A stretch of 61,316 nucleotides of DNA, filler included, from Sluysia triapertura (Eukaryota): assembly GCA_046118255.1 (NCBI GenBank). It is 4 parts of 4 records of this genome, joined end to end, with 100 filler letters (N's around TTAATTAATTAA, not from the genome) between each part and the next. Parts side by side here need not be neighbours in the genome. Positions count along the whole stretch, not along the records: positions 38,002 to 48,848 come from JBJNIA010192717.1; positions 48,949 to 61,316 come from JBJNIA010115974.1; 2 more parts are not named here. One strand, given 5' to 3'. The translations under genes were made by a program, and so were the position numbers. This document shows positions 38,002-51,172 of this stretch, piece by piece (the stretch's first letter is position 1; each line of letters starts with the position of its first letter). A model generated the notes under the pieces. The model was not told the DNA's origin. It saw only the letters and a list, made by a program, of their open reading frames with translations, and searched no databases.

Positions 38002-40627
38002 ATTAATTGGTCATATATCAGAAACTAACTATAGAAAAGTTGTTTTAAAATGAAACTGCAAAATTTATTGGCTATAGTGTAATATCATTGGAAAATATTT
38101 CACAAAGTGAAGTTTTTAACAGATAACTAGAGGTGAAATTATAAACTAACATTGTTATAATTTGAATGTACACTTGAGTTATCACTTGAATCTGATAATA
38201 TTAATTAAATAATTGTACTGGATCCAGATTAATTAAATTTTTAATAAGTTTAACAGAAAAATAAAATAAAATAAAGTTTTTAAAATCATTATCATAAGGT
38301 CTCTATCGTAACTTTTGTGTTAATACTTTAATTTATTTCTGAGTGAGGTTTTAATGTGTACTCCCATCTTTACCGATAGAGACTACTTTATAGCTATCCT
38401 TCATCAAATAAAAGACAATCATATATTAATTTAATCGATGCAGCAGCATTATAACATAAATATATTATAAACTAAGCAAAGAAAAATATAAAATAATCAT
38501 AATAATTAAAATAAATTAATAAAGCAATATTTTTATCACTACTTAATAAATGTAAGTATTTCAATCATAATTATAATAATCAGAACTGCCTCAAAATTAA
38601 TTGTGACAAATGAATCAATTGACACTAAATCTCATACACGATACGTGATATTGAATATTAGGTTGAATTCTTCACAGTAGCCACAGTCTAATTTAATAAA
38701 ATCATATATTAATATAAAGTACTTTCATTTTCTAATTACCTTAGTAAAATTACATATAAAAATTTCATAATTTTTATTCTAATTTATTTCAATTTCAAAA
38801 TAAAAGTATGGCGGTATTCAGAAATCTCAGAATTTATTCATAAATAAAATCAGTTATTATTTCATATTGCTTTTTAAATAATCAAATTTTCTACTATTGC
38901 ATCAACATTTCATTTCACCCCTACAATTTGTGGAACAAAATACGAATTAATTAAAAAAAAGAAATTAATTTTCACCAAATTTGAATAGATATTTCCTGTT
39001 CAATTTTCTCTTTTGTAAGATATTTAATTTGCACGGTCAACGACATCTCCGATGTTGTAAATAATATGGTATCTACAATAATCCATAAACCAAGAAAGAT
39101 TATTTGATTACCAATAATTTCAGTTAAAAATGATAGTTACTTTAGAATTAGTATTATTTACAGTAAATTACAGTAAATAATTTATAATGAACTATATTTT
39201 TGTCGATACAAATTTTATAAAAGTTATCCAAGTTATAAATAAATTTAAACAAATCATTGCATGAATTATTAATAAACAATTCAATAAAACTATCTAATAA
39301 ATTAAGTATTTTAAAACAATCTTTGAAGTTGTGATATTAATGTTTATTATGGTGTTTAACCTTTATAAACTTTACAAAAAAAAACATACCATTTCAAAAA
39401 AATCATTTAAGTAATTTTCTCTTTAGAAGAGAACTTTATTTACTAAGTAGTATGCATTTTATCAGAGAAATTACAAAAAAATATTTCTTTCGATATTTTT
39501 TTCTGTATTTTAAATTAAAAAAATTAAATGCAGTTTTTATAAAATTGTAGCATGTGCATATATTTTTATTTAAATACTATTTTACTTTCGACGTAAATTA
39601 AAAGTAAAAATGAAAATTTCTGATTGTCCTATAAAAAAGTAGAAAAAAATTGAAAATATATTTGTAAGCAAATAAGTTGCTAGATAAAATTCAACTTAAT
39701 CTTACTAATATGACGATTTACAAAGGGACCTATAAAAGTACTACCTCTGTTCAAAAATGATTTTCTTATTTGAAATTTGTTATTAATTTAACAACATAAG
39801 TTGACAATAAGTCATTTGTTTATGGACACTAGAATCATAAAATCATAAAATAATTTTTTTGGAAGTAATTGTTCAGTTTATAATAATTTTATAAATAACT
39901 AGCAATTTCTGAAATTTGTAATTTTTGGCTGCTATTTTCTTTTCAGTCCATAAAACTTTAAATCATGGAAATGAAACGTTCTGGAGTAAAGTAAAGTACA
40001 GAAAGTTAGATGAGGAGGAGAGAAATGCAATCTAACAATAGGAAATTGCCAAAAGAAACTTAAAAGAATTTAAAAAGTCCCCGAAAACAATTTCACGAAT
40101 TAGGATGAATTAAAGAAAATTCTGATCGCAAGAAGTTATGTCGGCAAGAACTTCAAACGAAATTGTAGTACTAGCAACGTGTTTGGAAGAATCATGCTGT
40201 CCAAAAGCAGAAAATATTTTCTTGACTCTTCAAAAAGCGTTCGAAAGTTCAATGTTAGTTGGAGGAAGAAATAATTATCTACTAGCACATATTGGAAAAG
40301 AAATATTGCGAAGAAAGGATAAATTTGCAGAAACATTAACATGCAATTTGGAAATAATTGAAACTGCTCGCAATGTATTACGAGGTATATAATAATATAA
40401 TTTGTAATAAAATATTTTCATAAATAAAAAAGTTGTTTAAAGCGAAATTTATGTTAATATATATTTTGTATAAAACTAACGAGACATTCATTTTTGAAAG
40501 GAGGTAGTATCATTTTCATTCATTATTGTTATTATGACAAGAATTTGCAAGACATTATTTATAATTATTTATAATTATCTAGAAATATTTTTATTGTTGC
40601 AATGAACGAACAAAAGTCAATATATAT

Positions 40628-40881
40628 ATAGGCCAACGGGAAGGACTCGAGTGGCCCCAAAGATTCCCTGACCTTAGTATGCCTAACTTCTTCCTCGGGG
40701 GAGTTATAAAGGAAGCTGTGTGTACTGTACTAAACCACGTTCATTGGAAGAATATAAAGAAAGAATAACCAAAGCCTTTCATTTAAGTACTCTGGAGCTT
40801 TGTCACAAAGTGTGTTCATCGATGAAGAACAGAGTTTTGAAGTGTATCGAAGTAAATGGCGAATATTTTGAGAATTTGTAA
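40628..40881 (+). mobile_element. maT/DD37D-DD41D-like transposase C-terminal remnant
   Basis: IGQREGLEWPQRFPDLSMPNFFLGGVIKEAVC (frameshift) KPRSLEEYKERI...KCIEVNGEYFENL*, a decayed WPPRSPDLxPxDFFLWG motif. Confidence 0.85.
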
Positions 40882-41568
40882 ATGAAAATATCCCCTTATG
40901 ATATTCTTCCATATGGAATTTCCAATGGTAGCCAGAGTTCTAATTTTGAACTCGATTTCCATCCTCAAACTAAGACAAAATACAAAATTCTTTTATTTTT
41001 TACACATACATCAGTCAGTGTTCTTCAAAATTTCGCGATAACATTCAAAGTTAATGTAAATTTTTTTAATATGATAAGTCTAATTTTAAATAATTTTTAA
41101 TGCAATTATTCTTTTATTTTATTTATATTAGTAATAGACGACAAAATAATAAATGTTTTCTTAATGCAAAAAACAGTTTCAACAAGAGTAGTATGTTCTA
41201 ATATGTTATTATTAAATTTATTTTAATTTTTTGGTGTTAAAAAAATTTACTTTATTATTTTTATTTTAGTGCCTAGGGTTCGCGAAAAATTTTGACTCGT
41301 AGTAAAGTGGGTCAGGGCACAAATTGTGAGGATCACTGCCATAAATTATGTGAACTTTTGGCAAAACTATTGAATTGTTACAATAATGAATAATGAATAA
41401 AGACCTAGTGCCACAATTTTAATAATTCATTTTATAAACATGAAGTGTATCTACCAAGAGCAAACTATTTTCGTTTAGTATGAATTTAGATTTTAAATCA
41501 CTAATTTTATATAAGTCTTACTAATTAATACACATTTGTTCATTATATAATGCTTTTATTATTATTAT

Positions 41569-41992
41569 CAACGCCGGATAAAGGGCAGGCGAGCCGAGCC
41601 GAGCGCCGAATTTGAGGGACGCCGATGTAAAAATAAATTATTTTTTTACATTCATTATAAAATTAATTTAATTAACTACGTTATTGAATTTTTGACAAAT
41701 AGCATTACACAAAATCTTGTACGTGACACGATGCAACATGAATAGCATAACTTACTCCTTCGTCTCTCAAACTTCAAATGCATTCATTATGTTATTCCAT
41801 GTGTTGTGTCGTTTGCAAGTAAATAACTGTTGTATTTTAAATAAATTTTTTACACAGTTCTTTATTGTGTAATTTTGATTTTTTTGCCTTTTTTAATATT
41901 TTTTTAATTCGCGGTAAATTTGTATATTCTTGTATGAAATGGCGCCAAATTTTGTTTTAACCCGGGCGCTCAAAACCCTAGATCGGGCCGTG
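41569..41992 (+). mobile_element. Full-length hAT-like MITE
   Basis: Ends caacgccggataaaggg / ccctagatcgggccgtg; 8-bp TSD attattat/attatcat; second copy at 2389-2640. Confidence 0.8.
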
Positions 41993-41996
41993 ATTA

Positions 41997-42047
<51 letters not shown>

Positions 42048-43444
42048 TTAATAATTTATATAGTCATGAACATTATTATTACAATTATAATTCTACATTT
42101 ATTGTTTTAAATATTTTTGATAATATTTGTAAATATTTATCGTATTTGTTTACTTTTCACTTTTTGATTTAAATTCTGATAATAATTCTGATATAAATAA
42201 GAAATAAGAGTAAAAAAGCATATTTAAATAAAATTACAATGATGTTGTCATATAACGAATTGTTTCATTTACATTGTCTTTCTGTTTTAAATTTTGTGCA
42301 TCTTTTTAAATTCGACAAATAATAGAATAAATATATCCAATTGGTTATTTTTTAATAAATATTTAACTTCGTCATTTTTAATTTTTGAAATTTATTTCTA
42401 TGGATTTCATATACAAAATGAACAATTTCTATAAAATTTGCTTTTATATTTATTATGTTTTTTGTTTTTGTGTATGATATTATTTTGATTGGATGTTGTT
42501 TCAATTTAATTTTAACATTTATTTTTTACATTATTGAGCATTGTTTCGTCTTTTAAATAATCAATTATACATTCTTGTATCACAATTTATCGATTAACAC
42601 AATGAAAATCTATTATCAGAATGAATTTTAAATAACCCAAATAAATGCGTTAGTTAAATTACTAATCAAATAACCTTTAACTTTACAGAGCACTGTTAAC
42701 ACAACAGTAAATAAATAAACCAAGGATGACACAACCGAAATTAAATCAATGTGATCAATTTAAAACGAAGTAGTAGCTAAATTTTTAAATGTTATAATTA
42801 TAAATGTTATATAATTATGTATTACTTATAAAAATACTAATAAATAATAAATTATATATTATTTATAAAATTAAATATTCTAGTAAATTAACACTATAGG
42901 AAATTAATAAGTATTATCGAAATTACAAAGTTGAATAATTACTAAATAATTGAACAGAATTTATTGATACTTTTGAATAGTTATAAAATTTAAGATCGAA
43001 ATTACAAACGAAATAGAACTGAATTTATAGTAGATGAAATTATTGAAATAAATATTAGGGGAATTTATTAAATAAATACTACCCCATCAGAAAACAATTT
43101 ACAATAATTATAGTGAAATTATTGAAGATTATTGTCACATTTATTAAATTGAAACTTTTAGTAATTAAATTATATTGAATTTAATTGTGAAGATAACTTA
43201 CATAAAGTAATGTAATATTCGACCATTAACTTATCAAATAAATAAATGTAAATTTTACGAAAATTATTTAAAGACAACCAAACGAAAAATACGTGTGATA
43301 TTTTGTTTTGTAGTTGCAATATTATAATCTGTTTATTTTGTGCTGTGGCATCCATATTGTAATAAAGAAACATTCGTGATTTTAATCTATTAATTCTTTT
43401 ATTTTACTGTGGTTTTTCTAACACTTACCTACGGCAAAATATTA

Positions 43445-44310
43445 AAAACTCGAGCAGGGTTCGGTTACAGTAAGTGTCTTACAACGTATTGTTGGCACTC
43501 CTGTAACTAATAAGTTAAACGAGTTAAATTAACAAAAACTTTTAATCTTAACTTACGAGTGTCAACCGATTCCTAAATGAATTCACAAAAGCTACAAAAA
43601 TTTTTTATTTAAAAAACAAAATTTACAATTTGAATGAACAGTAATATACTTAATAGAACTAGGATAAAGACAGAAATAAATTGTAAAATTTTATTATTAA
43701 AACTTATATAAGTATTTAATAATTATAAATAACAATTTACGTACATTTTACCCCTCAATATATAGGGGAACCTTACAAATTAAAATGCTTTAAATATATT
43801 TTAAGTAAATTTTAAAATATCAATCCCCTTAAACGAGATTAATTTTAACCTTAAATAAAACAAATTACTTGTTTCATGGAATATTTTTTAGCAGAAATCC
43901 AGAAAATATCTTGTAGCAAGTAAAATCCTTTAACTGATTTGAGAAGAATTGAATTTGACAAAGTTTTAACTGATGATTTTGTAAATAGCTAGTTATTCAA
44001 AATGGCTGCTTATTTCAAATGGCGATTTTCATTATATGATGCCAGTTTATATAGTAGTCATCATCCAATGAAAATCGAAGGAATGTTCTAGAACATTCTA
44101 GAAGCTTCCATGCTATTTATAGAATCTAGTTTCCTTTTTTAGAAAAAATAATTTCTTTTTTGGAAAATAAATGTTTTTTAATTAATTTTGATTGATTTTA
44201 TAATATTTTTTTATGATTTTAAATAATTTTAAGTAATTTTAAGGTGTTAATATGTTGTTTTAGAATTATTTTGTAGGGTTGTGATGGCAACCTAACAAAT
44301 TATTATGTGT
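43445..44310 (-). repeat. HSE-bearing dispersed repeat (LTR-like), copy B
   Basis: Inverted homologue of 31160-31935. Confidence 0.8.
44046..44109 (-). promoter_or_regulatory. Heat-shock promoter-like module: 6-unit HSE, CCAAT, TATATAAA
   Basis: GAAtgTTCtaGAAcaTTCtaGAAgcTTC at 44081-44108; ccaat at 44065-44069; tttatata at 44046-44053 reads TATATAAA on the minus strand. Confidence 0.7.
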
Positions 44311-46494
44311 TTCTTGTTTGAGTGAGAATCTCGAATTTGTGAAAGCACAGAATCTCAATAATTCATACACTAATGTTTTTATTTTTAGTCACGTGTTTAA
44401 TTCAATAAATGTTAAGAGATTTTTATTTTGTATTTTTAACTATAATATTTTTAGGCTTTAAGCCGATTTGCAATGTAAAAAATTTTAAATCTAACAAGTA
44501 TTTGGACCTAAATCCTTAATAAATAATCCGTCTTTCAAAACTAAGTTATTTATTTTAACGTTAATACTTAAAGCAACTTTAAACAGGCCATCACAAAGAG
44601 ATTAGCCAGGAATTCGTCGCACTTAATTAACGTACAAAAATGTATTTTAATAGATGATACTTTCATGAAATTTGTGTGCGATTGTATGAACTCTTAGTCT
44701 CTAGTTTTAATCTAATTAATCTTATTAATGTAAATTTTCTCTGTTAACTTATTTTGCAAGCATTATCTATTCTTTATCTATTATGTTTACCTTATCTGGA
44801 AGTGTGAATTCGAATACTGAAATGGAAATGCTAAATAAGTTATTTATTTCTCTAAAATTTAGTTGTTTTTAGGCTTCTAGGTATGTTGATATTACTCGAA
44901 AAGGGTTTACTCTATACATTTCATTGGTTTATTAAGTTTGAGTTAGGCTTTAACTATTTTTCGAAGTGAGTATTTTAGAATCTGTTTATCTTTATTTCTC
45001 TCTTAGAGACTCTACTTTCAATCCTTTAAGACAAATAAACTTAAATAAAGTGAAATTTATTTGACAATCTATAATTATTTCTTTTTTTATAAAAAATACA
45101 AAACTTTATTTTTTATTTTGATAATTTAAAATTCATTTTGCATTCAGACAAAAAGATGAACCACTTACTACTTCGGAATAAAATTTAATGATCAAGAATA
45201 AGTGAACGTCTCAGCTTTAAATCAGCTTTCGTAAATAATCTAATTACAATAGAAATTTGTTCAGTTCTATATTTATTAAATTGTTATAGAAATTTTGAAA
45301 ATTGAAATTGGTTGTATTCGAAAGTTATGAATTTTGAAAGTTTAAAACTTAGATGAGGGAATTTAAATGAATTGGATGTCAGAGACGTGAAGAAGGTTTT
45401 ATAGACAAAAGATTGAGTGTAATGGGTAGTTGATAGCATTTGAGTAAAAGATGAAAAATAATAATGAGGAAACAATTTACTATTGGTTAACTATATGAAA
45501 TGTAACTTTGAATTTATATGAACAAATTTGGTAAGATAATTATAATGATTATTGAAATACTTAATTGACAATAAGAAATGATATTTTACAATTATCTTTA
45601 TGTTAAATCGCATTCTTTTGTTAAAGAGTAGATAAAAAAGAGTAAATAAAGTTCACTTTTAATTTTGAGGTTAAACATGCTTAAGTGGTTAACTTTTGTT
45701 TTATGTGGTAAAAAATTTTGGATTGAGGTGAAACACTACAATAAATAAGCTTCGATCATCTATGATAAGTTGTTCAATGGTTTATTCAATAAATCAACTT
45801 CAGTTTCTGTAAGATTACTTTTTCTCAATATGTGTTTACCAAATGACAGTAGTATTTATACCGTCTTGCAAAAATTTTTATTAATACTAAATTAAAGTAT
45901 GTGATAATAATGAATTTTTGTTTGTTTATAATAGTTATTAAATTTCGTCTGAATACAAATAATGATGGTATACAGTAGTGATAATAATATAAACAGTTAA
46001 TAAAATACAGTAATAGTTGACTTTCTCTTTTTTGTCTGAATATGTAGTAGTTAATATATGGCAACTAATTTATAGTTGTTATTTTATAGTAGATAATTTA
46101 TAGTGGTTAGTTTGTTTTGTTACAACTGTTGAACTTAATCTCCAAATTAAACTTATAAAATAAATATTGAAAAAATTACAAAGATAATTTAATTTTAATT
46201 AAGAAAGACATTTGTAAAAAGTAAACGAATTAGATAAGGAGTCATTTGATTTTAGATTTTAAAGCTCAGTTAATAAAAGAATCGTAATTATTTAGAAAGA
46301 ATTAGCAATTATAAAAGAGATATAAAGTTAAAACTCGAAATAAATATAAATAACTAGTTTCATCATAATTATAATAATAATTATTTTTATAATTATGCTC
46401 TGACATAGCATAATGTTTTTGTTTAATAAAGACAACCTACTATCAAAATTCGAAAATTTAATTAATGAGTTCGCCTATGATCCAAGACTTAGAG

Positions 46495-46803
46495 CAGGGG
46501 TCTTCAACCTTTTATACTTCTAGGAACCCTTCGAGCCCATGGGTTTCGTGAAGGAACCTCATGTTTCTCCTCCTGAACCTCATAAAGAAAATAATTTGTC
46601 AGAGTTTTTTCTACTTAAATATTTATTCAATTTTAATACAAACATTTCAATACGCCGTAAATACAATCATCTTTTGTATTATTTTATCTATATTGTATAC
46701 ATCGTTATTATGTTATATGTGTTTTGACTTAATCAGTTGGGGAACCCCTGTCAACGTTCCAGGGAACCCTAGGGTTCCGCGGAACCCAGGTTGAAGACCC
46801 CTG
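46495..46803 (+). mobile_element. hAT (Charlie-like) MITE
   Basis: Perfect 15-bp TIR caggggtcttcaacc / ggttgaagacccctg; repeated ggaaccc subterminal motifs; flanks share only a TAGA core. Confidence 0.9.
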
Positions 46804-48030
46804 CTGTAGATGATCCGTATGGTGAATTTGTCTAGTGTAATATCATTGTTAAATGGTTTAAAATTTGAATGTTTTGTTGAATAACATTGTGAAGAAAGAC
46901 TATTAAATGGTTAAGGAATATGTGATTTAAACTGGGAATTTTATTGAATTTATTATGTTCTGATTTTATAATAAAATCATAAATCATGAGTTGAGGCACT
47001 AGACCATTGATTTAAACCCTTTTCATGCGACTTTAATTCAAATAATAATACGTTAATTTAATTAATTTATTGATCAGAAATAAATCTTAATACATTTTAA
47101 ATACATTCTTATATTGAGCTGTTTGATTGTCATCACAACTGTATAAAATCATTAAATTTCATAAAAGAAATCATTTAAAATAGTTAATTTCCAAAAAAGA
47201 AAAATAACATTTTTCAATAAAGAAATCCAAAATTCTATAATATTCTGCAATTTTCGTCCTTGTTGTCAAAATACTTAAATCTCAGGTAAAATTTTTTTTA
47301 GCTTAATTTCCCATCCAAAATTATTGAAAGGAAAATTTATATTTAAATTTAAAACAGAATCACAATTAGATACCTGAAAGGGTTTTAATTATAAAACAGT
47401 ATTTGTTATTCTTTGCTTTTGTTATATCAATTTTCAATTTTTTGAATTGTTAAATAATAAACTTCAAAGTTTTTTAAATTTGATTTCAATTAAATTATGA
47501 AGTAATTAGTGAAATATTACAATAAATTGACTGAATATATAATTTGGTTTGCCTCGAAGCATATGACCCTCTAACTAATACAGAATAAGACTAATGTATA
47601 ATGAGTGTTACTCATTAAGTCGATTATTTTAGTTACAGAATCGCCCATTTTACGTCATAAGTCATTTACAATTTTATTTTCCCTTAGGTTAACACCTAAG
47701 AACACTGCAGCAGAGCTAAACAAGTGCTAATTAATGAAGTGCTGAATAACTATGTTAAGATATTTGTGGAAAATAAATAAACACTTTATTTTTAAAGATC
47801 TTTATAGGCTTGTTTTACCTAAATTTTTTAATTTTAATAGTTTTAATAAAAATTGTTAATTTTTAAATAAATACTTTGGAGATTAATACTTTTATTTTTT
47901 TGTTTAAATCTTCAATAAATATAAAACGGATATATTTTATATATCTTTTGCTTAACTTTAATTTTTTTTCGAAAAATCTAAAAACGTTTTTAATATAAAA
48001 TAACTGTGACGTTATGTGATTCATACTAAC

Positions 48031-48283
48031 CAAGAATAGCCACGATTTCGTCATCCTGAATTACTTCTAAAGAACCACTAACTACAAAGCATAATTGATC
48101 AATGCTTTCTCCTTGATGAAATATTAAATCTCCGGGTGCTGTATGGATAGTTTGAAAATTGATAGCTAATGCACGTAAACAGCCATCACTTGCCAGTCTG
48201 AATGCTGGATGTTTGTTAAATACCATGCGGTTCAGATGAATGCACAAATCAGCTTTCATATCCTTGGGACAGTAATTGAGCAC
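48031..48283 (-). CDS. eag: EAG-subfamily voltage-gated potassium channel (KCNH1/5-like), C-linker/CNBHD exon
   Basis: [40 protein letters not shown]...[39 protein letters not shown] is near-diagnostic of EAG; acceptor tgtcag|, donor |gttagt. Confidence 0.95.
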
Positions 48284-48776
48284 CTGACATGTTGAAGTAA
48301 TAGATAATATGATAATAACAACAACATTAATGTACATATTAACTAATTAATAATCTTTCAAAAATAATTTTACATTGTCACAATGTTTGAAAATAGTTAT
48401 ATCAACAATTCACGTATCAAGATCAAAATTTCAAAATAGCGATTTTTTAAAGAATTCTATAAAATCTATTAATATTGAGGATTAAATATGTCACAATCTT
48501 CGACTCACAATCATTTGTAAATTGCTGACAATAACATTTTGAAAAGCTGATTAAAATCATCACTAAATGGTATATTTTAAAAAATAACAAAAGGATTTTA
48601 AATAATAAACTCTTTAATCTCTGTCATTCATATTATACACTGCATAATAACATTTTTACATTATTTGAATTAAAATATTAATTAGTTTGTTAATTTCTTT
48701 TATTATCTGATATTAAGCAATTAATCTAAATTAATCTAAAAGAAATGTAGTGAAAAAATCGATTAATAATTTAAGC

Positions 48777-48848
48777 CAGGGGTCTTCAACCTTTTATACT
48801 TCTAGGAACCCTTCGAGCCCATGGGTTTCGTGAAGGAACCTCATGTTT
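48777..48848 (+). mobile_element. Second copy of the 46495 hAT MITE, cut by the contig end
   Basis: 72 bp identical to 46495-46566. Confidence 0.92.
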
Positions 48849-48948
48849 NNNNNNNNNNNNNNNNNNNNNNNNNNNNNNNNNNNNNNNNNNNNTTAATTAA
48901 TTAANNNNNNNNNNNNNNNNNNNNNNNNNNNNNNNNNNNNNNNNNNNN
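48849..48948. other. Artificial contig spacer
   Basis: 44N-TTAATTAATTAA-44N. Confidence 0.97.
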
Positions 48949-49024
48949 GAAACTGAAAAACAAAAATGTAGACTTTATTTAACTTACACTTTAATAAATG
49001 ATTTATACTATTATTAATATTTAG

Positions 49025-49712
49025 ATGTATCCTCCATACAGTTATGTCTACCTAATCAGAATAACACACACCCTCAAGCACTTCAAACAGAATTTTGTCA
49101 TGCTACAACTACAACATCTACAATTACTACATATTCAAAACCACTTTCACAGAATGAAAATATACTTACATCAAATGATAATACTAATAGTAATAATAAT
49201 AATAGTAATAATAATAATGATAATAATAATAATAATAATAATATTAATAATGACAATAATGTTTGTAATTACAAAAATCAAAAATTTATTTTATCTACTA
49301 CAAGAATATCACCATTCGAAAAATTACCATTTGACATTAATGCGTTTAAAATTCCATCATGTTTTGAAGATTTTTATTCATCTTCGTTGATCTCAAATTC
49401 TTCTTCAGTTTCTTCAACTTCATTAATCAGTTACAATAATAATAATACTAATACTAATAATACTAATAATACTAATATTAATAATAATTCAACAAATGTT
49501 ACGTATAGTATTAACAAAAAGAAGCGGAGATTGCATTTATTACAATTTATTTATTGTTTATTAAACAGTGATCGACCCAATCAGTGTGTTTGTTGGGTAG
49601 ACGAAGAACGTTGTGTATTTAGAATTATCAATCCAAATTGTTTAACGAAACTATGGGGTCGTTACAAGTCAAATCCTAACATGTCATTTGATTCGTTATC
49701 TCGCAGTTTACG
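49025..49712 (+). CDS. ETS-domain transcription factor, penultimate exon (poly-Asn region plus most of the ETS domain)
   Basis: Acceptor atttag|; one open frame from 49027; LHLLQFIYCLL...CVCWVDEERCVFRIINPNCLTKLWGRYKSNPNMSFDSLSRSLR; phase-2 donor |gttagt. Confidence 0.92.
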
Positions 49713-50835
49713 GTTAGTGAAATTTAATAATGTTCATCTTATGATATTAATTTATAGAATAAACATATAATCTCTAATGATATAACCTACACATATTAAA
49801 TAATATACACGACAAATAAAATATGCTGCGATGGTTTATATATTATGGTAATTAAAAAGTAAAAAAAATAAGTTTAAATATATAAATACAATAAACTTTG
49901 TTTTATTTGATCGGTGCTTATTTTATTGATGATATATGCACACATCCAGATTTTTGTTACTCGTAGAATTTAAGAGTGATGATTTATCTATTGAGTTAAC
50001 ATGTATTTCAATTTAATATTATAGAAAATATGATTGTGTAAAAAGGACATTGTAGAGATATTTTCGATTATATTTCCAGTTATTTAAAGAGTACCATCTT
50101 TTTGGTATTCATGAAATAATGACAATTGTCATTTTGAGTAGAATCAACAAAAGAAATCTAAAAAATCTTTATTAAACAAATTTATTTAACTTCAATGATC
50201 AAGATATACATACATGCTTATGTTGAATTTTGTCAATTTCACCATTGTGAGATATATTCATAAAAATAATGACTAGCATAATAGAAATAGTTAATGTACT
50301 TCATTGAAAAACTGAGATAAATTACATGTTTTGTTTAATTAACGAAAATGAGATATTGTCTGACATCAGGTAAGATAACTAACATTGTTCAATTGAAGAA
50401 TGCTGGAACTTTGATGAATACACACCAAAGATAATAATAAGTGCATTAAATCCTCTTAATTTTGCTGAATTTTATAAAAATTTTGTCTTTGTATATTAAA
50501 TAAATTTTTTACAATCACTTTTATAAAAGAAACTTCTTCTTATCATTTATAATTTACCACATTTTATCATAGTCTGGATATTGTCTACATTTTATATATT
50601 GGCCAATGACAAGTCATTAATGACTTCTATAAATAGTTTCATGACTATATTTCTTCATTTAAACTTCGAATTACAATTGAATTTGATGAACAATAAATTT
50701 TAAGACAGGTATTAAATTAATAGTTGTTCATTGTTGGTTTAAAATATTTGCATTTTAAATAGTTATATACTTTTAGCTATACATTTCTAATATATTAAAC
50801 TAAATTTAACTAATTTAAATAATTTAACTATTTTA

Positions 50836-51172
50836 CCGCTCTCTATATCGGGGAAACCTTACACTTTACTAAATAAAATATTAATTTAAGTGGATTTTAG
50901 GATATTAATTTCCTTATGTGAAACTAATATCTACTTATCAAAAAACAAATTACTTGAAGCATGGAATATTGTTTGTAAAAAATGATAAGCAATTGGCGTT
51001 GATTACAAATGACGTTGATTTTCATTGTATTGATGTTGGTTTATATACCAGTCATCATCCAATCCGATGGAATGTTCTAGAATATTCTAGAACTTTCTAG
51101 AAGCTTCTATTCTATTTTTAGAAGCTAATTTTCTTTTTGGGAAAATAAATGTTTTTAAAATAATTTTAAAGA
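50836..51172 (-). repeat. HSE-bearing dispersed repeat, copy C (partial), inside the ETS intron
   Basis: ggggaaaccttaca, gtcatcatccaat, the HSE block and ggaaaataaatgttttta are all shared with copy B. Confidence 0.8.
51040..51108 (-). promoter_or_regulatory. Heat-shock promoter-like module: perfect 8-unit HSE, CCAAT, TATATAAA
   Basis: GAAtgTTCtaGAAtaTTCtaGAActTTCtaGAAgcTTC at 51070-51107; ccaat at 51059-51063; tttatata at 51040-51047. Confidence 0.72.

Noticed and set aside
40138-40392. 84-aa ORF MSARTSNE...
   Set aside because: No recognisable motif or splice context; probably TE-derived
38002-48030. Next EAG exon (expected KGDVFGD...ANVRALTYCDLH)
   Set aside because: Not found by eye on the minus strand; probably beyond the contig end
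49025-49390. 121-aa hydrophobic ORF starting at ATG 49025
   Set aside because: Wrong frame of the poly-Asn ETS exon; the ATG follows a splice acceptor
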